Source: Octopus sinensis (taxonomy: Eukaryota). From it: 64,000 nt of DNA. The first letter of the stretch is position 1; each line of letters begins with the position of its first letter. Made by a program: the position numbers and the translations under genes. Under the pieces are notes generated by a model. That model saw nothing but the letters and a program-made list of their open reading frames with translations. It was not told where the DNA came from and made no database searches. The stretch is taken from NCBI RefSeq assembly GCF_006345805.1, contig NC_043013.1:14322001-14386000 (forward strand), in the 5' to 3' direction. Positions 54,205 to 64,000 of the stretch are shown here, piece by piece.

Positions 54205-54416
54205 TTTTCGTACAAGGCCGGTAATCTTGGCGAAGGATGCAAGTCGATTGCATCGACCAGTTCAAAGCTGTTTTCAATTGGCACTTATTATATCGACCCC
54301 AAAAGGCTGAAAAGCCAAGATGACCTCGGCGGAATTTGAACTCAGAACACGAAGACAGATGAACTGTCGCTAAGCATTTTACTCGACGCCGTAACATTAC
54401 TGCCAGCTCACCGCCC
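54205..54416 (-). mobile_element. Diverged family B SINE
   Basis: CTCGGCGGAATTTGAACTCAG, CTGCCAGCTCACCGCC. Confidence 0.75.
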
Positions 54417-54439
54417 TATTTTCATTCTTAATTTAGCTG

Positions 54440-54615
54440 CTGCTAGAGAAGCGAGTAGACAGGATCGTTTGTACACCGGACAATATGCTTAGCAACAATT
54501 TCTTCAGTTTTTAGGTTCTGAGTTCAAATTCCACCAAGGTTGACTTCACCTTCCATCCTTTCAGTTTCGAGGAAATAAGTATCAGTTATGCACTGGGATC
54601 CATATAATCGACTTG
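54440..54615 (+). mobile_element. Diverged family B SINE
   Basis: GTTCTGAGTTCAAATTCC..TTCCATCCTTTC core. Confidence 0.7.
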
Positions 54616-55169
54616 CTGGATCTTTTCTATTTCGTTGTCACTTTTCAATTCCGTCAATTTGTTTCAATTTATTTCAAATTTGGTGTATTGATGTAGTTTT
54701 GTATGCTAATTATGGAAATGAAATTCATTTTTGCCTTAAATTAATAAATAAATAGTTAATAACCTTTAAAATTTGCAAATTCTGGGTAATTTTAGCTAAT
54801 CTGGAGCCACGAACATATTGATACCTGTTTCCACTGAAACAAGCCTAGCTGATGTGTAAAGTGCTCGCTTGTCTTGCCAGCTCATGTAATACTTCTTATA
54901 AGATGAAAAAGTTGAAAAACCAGGATGATACGGTTGATCGGGTAGAGTTATGATCAAAAGGAGCATTCAAATGCTGAATGCCCCACAGTTTTCGAGTTAT
55001 CTACGACTCCCATACTCTACTATGCCCTTTCTCATTGTATGATGCTAATATATTCTTTGGGAGGAGATTTGGTTGCCATTTCCAGCAGTTCGATCGTTAC
55101 ATGAACTGCACTACAGTTTGTTTCTTCGTAATTTAACGTTCTCGCTACAAAATATGTATTGTTTGCCTT

Positions 55170-55553
55170 GGGAGGCGCAAAGGCCCAGTGATTAGGGCAG
55201 CGGACTCGCGGTCATAGGATCGCGGTTTCGATTCCCAGACCGGGCGTTGTGAGTGTTTATTGAGCGAAACACCTAAAGCTCCACGAGGCTCCGGCAGGGA
55301 TGGTGGTGATCCCTGCTGTACTCTTTCACCACAACTTTCTCTCACTCTTACTTCCTGTTTCTGTTGTACCTGTATTTCAAAGGGCCGGCCTTGTCACTCT
55401 CTGTGTCATGCTGAATATCCCCGAGAACTACGTTAAGGGTACACGTGTCTGTGGAGTGCTCAGCCACTTACACGTTAATTTCACGAGCAGGCTGTTCCGT
55501 TGATTCGGATCAACCGGAACCCTCGTCGTCGTAACCGACGGAGTGCTTCTACC
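55170..55553 (+). mobile_element. Family C SINE, full length
   Basis: 9-bp TSD ATTGTTTGC at 55158-55166 and 55554-55562. Confidence 0.95.
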
Positions 55554-55612
55554 ATTGTTTGCATAGACTGAACTAGGTTTATTTATTTTATTTTTTTGTA
55601 ATTTCATGTTTA

Positions 55613-55712
55613 NNNNNNNNNNNNNNNNNNNNNNNNNNNNNNNNNNNNNNNNNNNNNNNNNNNNNNNNNNNNNNNNNNNNNNNNNNNNNNNNNNNNNNNN
55701 NNNNNNNNNNNN
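55613..55712. other. Assembly gap (100 N)
   Basis: Seen directly. Confidence 1.
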
Positions 55713-55715
55713 GCT

Positions 55716-56160
55716 AAGATTAAGGTTGTTGAAAAGCAAGGGCAACCCTATCAAATCTATAATTGGTAGAACCTATCCTTTTAGTAGAACCCCCTGTACA
55801 GATAGGTACTGTACTGTATGTAGATTTAGCCGACCAAACAAACTGTTAAAGCGAGAAATGTAGTCTATAGTATAAGATGTATAGATGGACGATGCAGAAG
55901 TAACAAGACAACGACATACGACGGAGGGAAACGGCAAGAAGCATAGGAGAGCGGATAAATGTGTGCATTGGAGACAACTCAAAGAAGGTAAAAGCTCATC
56001 GATTCTGTACCAACACACGAACAAGAACACGGGGGATCAATCAATAACATAGAAATTAAATATTATCCACACATAGATCAGATGCAACAATTAGAGAAAT
56101 TACAGAAGCTACAACATAATAGAAAATAAACCTAGCCTGAATAAAAACTAGAATGGAACA
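55716..56160 (+). mobile_element. Penelope-like element remnant, GIY-YIG endonuclease region (frameshifted)
   Basis: KVVEKQG/PIKSIIGRTYPFSRTPCTDRYCTVC, ARNVVYSIRC, ARSIGERI, LKEGKSSSILYQH, LN.KLEW. Confidence 0.75.
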
Positions 56161-56641
56161 CTAACACACACCACAACATATGACGATACGGATCCTGAAA
56201 ACATAATAAATACACAGATAAATATAAAAGATAAAAACTAACTATATATATATATATGTGTGTGTGTATATGTATATGTATATATATATGTTATATATAG
56301 ATATATATAGATATATATTATTCGATTTCAATTTATTATATTATTACTAGTATTGTTGTTATACATACATACATACAAGCATATGTAATGATAATAATGG
56401 GTGGATGTAAACACATGAACAAAATAAGAATAAACAAAAACAAAAACAAAAACAAAATACAAATTACATGAACATATATAAACAGAAGATACAAATATTA
56501 CAGACATCCCCCACATACACACACTAAATAAACATAAACGCACAAAGAGATATAAGCATGCGCAAATAAAGACATACAATAGAAATACAAAATGGCTGAT
56601 GGTTAGTAAGGAGAGACACAAATAAGTGAGAAGAAAACAAA

Positions 56642-56686
56642 GGACCACTGATGCGGTCACAGGAGTGTGACGAAAGAACTCTGGCC
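56642..56686 (+). ncRNA. Hammerhead-like motif downstream of the Penelope remnant (core mutated)
   Basis: GGACCA-CTGATGCG-GTCACA[GGAG]TGTGAC-GAA-AGAACT-C-TGGCC. Confidence 0.45.
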
Positions 56687-56802
56687 AAAAAAGAAGATTA
56701 AGATTAATGTAAAAAATAAATAACACTGAAGCAAAGTAACACCAAATATATAGAGCGTGTGTTTTTATTGGCTCAACTGGCAAAATGACCATTCCGAAAT
56801 AT

Positions 56803-56834
<32 letters not shown>

Positions 56835-56870
56835 CGTTTATATATATTATATATATACATATATATATAC

Positions 56871-56935
<65 letters not shown>

Positions 56936-57061
56936 GTATATATATATACGTATATATATTATAATTTATATATATATATATATTATATAAATATATATAT
57001 ATATATATATAAGTATGTATGTATGTGTATATATATATATATTTTATTTGATCTTGAATTT

Positions 57062-57370
57062 TCCAGTTTCAGCTCATGAGCTGTGTGGCCAGGCTGGAGC
57101 ACCGCCATGTGGTTTGCTACATGATTTTACCTCACGAATGCTTTTTAGCAACTGCCATTTGGTGCATGAGAGAGTTCGATGCAGTTGCTCTCATCTGCAC
57201 CTCTTGCCGTGAAGTTGGTTCATCCGGGACACCTGACAGGAAGAGATCCAGTCCTACTTTAAAGAGATCCGCATCTACACCATGCAGGTCCCTCAGGTTC
57301 TTCGGGACGATATTGAGGAGCTGTGGGCCTCTGAAACCCAGGCTATCAGAGTATCTTGTCCTACATCACG
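57062..57370 (-). mobile_element. CR1 LINE 3' fragment (a)
   Basis: Matches the 3' ends of copies b and c. Confidence 0.9.
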
Positions 57371-57412
<42 letters not shown>

Positions 57413-57518
57413 GTATATATATATATATATACGTATATATATATATATATATATATACGTATATATATATATGTATATATATATATACGTATATATATAT
57501 ATATGTGTGTATATATAT

Positions 57519-58474
57519 AAAAGTTTCACAGGCAATACAGAACCCTGAGGACACTAAACGCCTGCAATGTGAGCTGGACAAAATATACAAGTGGGCTGAA
57601 AAGAATAGCATGCAGTTCAATGCTGAAAAGTTTCAAGCTTTATGCTATCAGCATGCAAAACTAAATGCAATACCCAATGAATACACTGGACCCGGATGAA
57701 TTGCAATCCCACAGGCACAATCAGTGCGTGACCTGGTTCTTCACATGAGTGATGACGCAACCTTTCGTGTACATGTTGCTAAATTGGCAATGAAATGTAG
57801 ACGACTGGCCAGATGGATTCTCAGAAACTTTAGAACAAGAGAACAAGAAACCATGATGGTCCTCTGGATGACACTTGTCCTAAGCCACTTTGACTATTGC
57901 TCTCAGCTATGGTCACCATCCAGTGTCAAGCTGATTACAGAACTTGAGGCGATCCAACGTAGCTACACGAGGAAGATAGCCTCTGTGCAGAATATAAGCT
58001 ACTGGGAAAGACTCAAGAGATTAAAACTATATTCCTTGGAGCGTAGGCGAGAAAGATATGCCATAATATACATCTGTCACAAATTTTGGCATTGAGAGTT
58101 ACACAAATGCCAGAATTGGGCGCCACTGCGTGGTGCCGAGGACTCCAAATTTGCCATCAAGATGTAGGACAAGATACTGTGATAGCCTGGGCTTCCGAGG
58201 CCCACAGCTCTTCAATATCCTCCCGAAGAACCTAAGGGACCTGCATGGGGTGGATGCAGATGTCTTTAAAATGAAACAGGATCTCTTCTTGTCAGGTATC
58301 CCAGATGAACCAACTTCACGGCAGGAGGTGCAGATGAGAGCAGCTGCTTCGAACTCTCTCATGCACCAAATGGCAGTTGTAAAAAGCATTCGTGAAATAA
58401 AACCATGTAGCAACACCAAATGGCGGTGCTGCAGCATGGCCACAGCTCGTGAGGTGAAACTAGAATCAATCAAT

Positions 58475-58475
<1 letters not shown>
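57519..58475 (+). mobile_element. CR1 LINE 3' fragment (b)
   Basis: [13 protein letters not shown]...YWERLKRLKLYSLERRRERY; (AATC)n tail; ~20-bp internal deletion near 58075. Confidence 0.95.
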
Positions 58476-58537
<62 letters not shown>

Positions 58538-58569
58538 TATATAGATATATATATATATAGATATATATA

Positions 58570-58623
<54 letters not shown>

Positions 58624-58644
58624 GCATATATATATATGTATATA

Positions 58645-58683
<39 letters not shown>

Positions 58684-58711
58684 ATATATATATATACATA
58701 CATATATATAT

Positions 58712-58800
<89 letters not shown>

Positions 58801-58801
58801 C

Positions 58802-58834
<33 letters not shown>

Positions 58835-58839
58835 CATAC

Positions 58840-58870
<31 letters not shown>

Positions 58871-58881
58871 CATACATATAT

Positions 58882-58923
<42 letters not shown>

Positions 58924-58941
58924 TACATATATATACATACA

Positions 58942-59020
<79 letters not shown>

Positions 59021-59021
59021 G
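58476..59021. repeat. Imperfect (TA)n array
   Basis: Seen directly. Confidence 0.95.
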
Positions 59022-61247
59022 ATTGATTGATTGATTGATTCTAGTTTCAGCTCATGAGCTGTGGCCATGCTGCAGCACCGCCATTTGGTGTTGCTACATG
59101 GTTTTACTTCACGAATGCCCTCTAGCAACTGCCATTTGGTGCATGAGAGTTCGATGCAGCTGTCCTCATCTGCACCTCCTGCCGTGAAGTTGGTTCATCT
59201 GGGATACCTGACAAGAAGAGATCCAGTTTCATTTTAAAGACATCTGCGCCCACCCCATGCAGGTCTCTTAGATTCTTCGGGGGGATATTGAAGAGCTGTG
59301 GGCCTCGGAAGCCCAGGCTATCACAGTACCTTGTCCTATATCTTGATTGCAAATTTGGAGTCCTAGGCACCACGCAGTGGCGCCCAGTTCTGGCATTCGT
59401 GTAACTCTCGATGCCAAAGTTTGGGACAAGTCCCTCTAGGATCTTCCAGATGTATATTATGGCATATCTTTCTCTCCTACGCTCAAGGAATAGAGTTTTA
59501 ATCTCTTGAGTCTTTCCCAGTAGCTTATATCCTGCATAGTGGCTATCTTCTTCGTGTAGCTACGTTGGATCGCCTCAAGTTCTGTGATCAACTTGACACT
59601 GGATGGTGACCATAGCTGAGAGCAATAGTCAAAGTGGCTTAGGACAAGTGTCCTCCAGAGGACCATCATGGTTTCTTGTTCTCTTGTTCTAAAGTTTCTG
59701 AGAATCCATCCGGCCAGTCGTCTACATTTCATTGTCAATTTAGCAACATGTACACGAAAGGTTGCGTCATCACTCATGTAAATACCCAGGTCACGCACTA
59801 ATTGTGCCTCTGCGATTGCAGTTCCTCCGGGTCCAGTGTATTCATTGGGTATTGCATTTAGTTTTACATGCTGATAGTATAAAGCTTGAAACTTTTCAGC
59901 ATTGAACTGCATGCTATTCTTTTCAGCCCACTTGTATATTTTGTCCAGCTCACATTGCAGGCGTTTAGTGTCCTCAGGGTTCTGTATTGCCTGTGAAACT
60001 TTTGTATCATCTGCATAACTTGTGATCGTGGCTCTCTGCGTGGCTGAGGGCATTCTGAGAGGGCCATTATGAACAGTAGTGGTCCCAGAACAGTGCCCTG
60101 CGGAACACCGCTCACTATTTGCGTGCTAATGGAAGTGGCCCCATTGGCTACTAGCCACCTGACTTCTATCTTTCAGAAAGTCATGAAGCCATTCTCCCAG
60201 TTTTCCAACTATGCTGAGATCACGCAGTTTGTGACATATCATACCATGATCGACTTTATCAAAGGCCTTTGCAAAGTCGAGATATATCACTACCACATTT
60301 GAGTGGCTGAGCAGTCGTTTCAGCACCCAGTCATAGTGTTGTAGGAGCTGAGTTAATTAGCTTCTCCCTGGTCGGAAACCATGTTGGGTGTCAGGCAGCA
60401 AGTCATTTTCTTCAAGGAAGGTGATCAGTTTCCTTCTGACTATTCGTTCCATGACCTTGCTGATGTGTGAGGTCAGAGAGATAGGTCTGTAGTTCTTGGC
60501 CTCCGCTCTGCTACCTCCTTTATGAATAGGGCATATTTTACCTTCCTTCAGTTTTCTTGTAAGTTTGCCAGCTGCAAGGAAGCTCTGAAAGAGGAACTGC
60601 AGTGGTCTTGCTAGGACTCTCTTACATACTTTTAGGAGGATTGCCGGGAATCCTACGTGGCCAGTAGCTGAGTCTGTTTTCATTTCATCTATAGCCTTGA
60701 TTACATCGTCTTCCTTTATATCGACGTAATTTATCGTCGCCGCCTCTGATTTTATATCTGCAGTGGTAAAGAAGTCAGTTGGATTGGTGATTTGGAGATG
60801 CCCAAGGGGTGGAGTGAAAACACTCTTGAATTGCTCATTCAGTATTTCACTTACCCTCATTGGTTTTCCTGTGAGTGTGCCATCCTTTTCAAGGAGTGGT
60901 CCTATCCTACAGTGAACCGTAGCTGTTTCTTTGGCATACCTGTAGAAAGCTCTGGGGTTAGATTTTATGTTGTCTATAGCCCAGGCTTCTTTGTCTGCTC
61001 TTTCCTTTTCATGGGAGAGTTGCAGACATTTTTCAATTTCCAACAGTTTTATTTTTAGGCGGGACTTTTCACTGCTTTCAATTTGTTTGTTTAGGCGATT
61101 TGAAATTTTTGTACGCCGTCCCATTAAAATCTTCCTCTCTCTGGGGATTTTGTTCTTGTGTACAGTGGCCTTTCTCTCTGGGACACATTTGTAGCATATG
61201 GCTTGCATTACAGACATGAATTGTTGAAGTTTCACGTCGATGTCTGA
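59022..61247 (-). mobile_element. CR1-clade LINE ORF2 (RT domain, frameshifted, 5'-truncated) (c)
   Basis: NYRPISLTSHISKVMERI, QHGFRPGRS, YLDFAKAFDKV, SGVPQGTVLGPLLF, YADDTK, YWERLKRLKLYSL across ORFs 60357-61304, 60126-60326, 59864-60115 and 59457-60053. Confidence 0.97.
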
Positions 61248-61326
61248 TATATATACATATACATATACATATATATATATACATATATATATATATACAC
61301 ACACACATTATATATATAATATATAT

Positions 61327-61357
<31 letters not shown>

Positions 61358-61411
61358 GGATATATATATATGTATATATATGTATATCTATATGTATATA
61401 TATGTATATAT

Positions 61412-62475
61412 AAATCCTTAAATCCTTTAAAATGTTTTAGCCCGAAGGCCGCGGCCATGCTGGGGCACCACAGCTGAATGAGCTACACTAATTTGTGAAT
61501 CCACCTCTGATACGTGGCACTTGATCAACAAGGGAGTTCGATGCTGCTGCCCGCATCCGCGTCTCCTGTCGTGAGGTAGGTTCATCTGGGACTCCCAACA
61601 AGAAGAGATCCAGTTTAGTTTTAAAGAAACCTACATCCACACCATGTAAGTCTCTCAGGCATTTAGGGAGGATGTTAAAGAGCTGTGGTCCTCTGAAACC
61701 CAAGCTGTTTCAGTATCTGGACCTGTATTTTGATGATGATGTGGAATCCTGGCACCATGCAGTGGCGCCCCGTTCTGCGGTTGGAGTAACTTTGAATGCC
61801 AAAGTTGGGGACAAGACCCTCCAGGATTTTCCAGATGTATATCACCGCATATCTCTCCCGCCTCCGCTCTAGGGAAAGGTTTAATACCTTCAGTCTTTCC
61901 CAGTAGCTGATATTTTGCATTGAGACGATTTTCTTTGTGTAGCTTCTCTGAATTGCTTCGAGTTCTGTTGTTAGTTTTATATTGTGTGGTGACTAAAGTT
62001 GGGAGCTGTAGTCCAAGCGGCTGAGGACGAATGTTTTCCATGGGACCATCAGTGTCGCCTTCCCTCTTGTTCTGAAAGTTCGGAGAATCCATCCAGCTAG
62101 CCGTCTGCATTTTATCACCAGATTAGCAATATGCATTTGGAAAGATGCATCATTGCTCAAGTCAATGCCCAGGTCACGCACTGATTTTGACTCAGGGATT
62201 GCAATTCTTCCTGGGCCAGTGTATCCAGTCTTCACGTCATTTACCTTTGTGTGCCAGTAGCGCAGGGCCTGGAACTTACCTGCATTAAACTGCATGTTGT
62301 TGTCCTCAGCCCACCTGTATATTGTGTCCAGCTCATGTTGCAGATGCGCGTTATTTTCAGGGTTTTGTATTGCGTGGGAGACTTTTGTGTCATCTGCATA
62401 GCTAGCAAGGGTGGTCATCGTAGCAACTGAAGGCATGTCTGAAAGGGCCACTATGAACATCAGTGGCCCCAAGAC
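61412..62475 (-). mobile_element. CR1 LINE 3' fragment, second subfamily (d), (AAGGATTT)n tail
   Basis: [44 protein letters not shown]. Confidence 0.95.
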
Positions 62476-62481
62476 AGGGAG

Positions 62482-62945
<464 letters not shown>

Positions 62946-63193
62946 TAGTAAGGAAAAATTTTTTTTAAATGCAGAATGCTCAAATGAAAGAAAATTTTAA
63001 TAAAATGAGAAAATGATAAAATATATAATATATATATTTATTCAACCGGTTTTCGTCAATGTATGACTTGTCAAGAATATTTATGTTTTAAGAAGTTTTT
63101 TTTTAAAAATTAGAAAGGGGAAAAAGAAAATTGCAATGTTTTTTGTAAAAGAATAATGATAAAATGATAAAAGAATAATGATAAAAAATAATG

Positions 63194-63254
<61 letters not shown>

Positions 63255-63261
63255 TATATAC

Positions 63262-63848
<587 letters not shown>

Positions 63849-63852
63849 CATA

Positions 63853-63883
<31 letters not shown>

Positions 63884-63903
63884 CATATATATATAATATA
63901 TAC

Positions 63904-63952
<49 letters not shown>

Positions 63953-63954
<2 letters not shown>

Positions 63955-64000
63955 ACCCATGCTAGCATGGAAAACGGACGCTAAATGATGATGATGATGA
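63953..64000 (+). mobile_element. Retroposon 3' tail with (GAT)n
   Basis: CAACCCATGCTAGCATGGAAAACGGACGCTAAATGATGATG; hairpin CCATG/CATGG. Confidence 0.5.

Overview
AT-rich, microsatellite-saturated animal genomic DNA. The repeat families most resemble those of octopod cephalopods (inference from recognised repeat types, not a database hit). No protein-coding host gene can be supported, and almost all ORFs in the supplied track are translated microsatellites or SINE pieces. Supported content: one intact tRNA-Gln(CTG); a decayed U6 copy fused to a CR1/SINE 3' tail; about 30 tRNA-derived SINEs in four working families (A-D); six CR1-clade LINE fragments, five of them in a TA-repeat-embedded cluster at 57-63.6 kb; three Dong/R4-like 3' ends in (TAA)n; two decayed mariner transposases; a Helentron/DINE-like element; a Penelope-type GIY-YIG remnant; and a 100-N gap. 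The best leads are five hammerhead-ribozyme-like motifs of the minimal Penelope type, one of them inside a 192-bp palindrome; a pre-miRNA-like hairpin kept in both arms of an old inverted duplication, with one invariant arm and wobble-tolerated changes in the other; the U6/retroposon-tail chimera; and a covarying 3' stem-loop shared by SINE A, three CR1 subfamilies and the U6 chimera. Boundaries of degraded repeats are approximate (about 10-20 bp).
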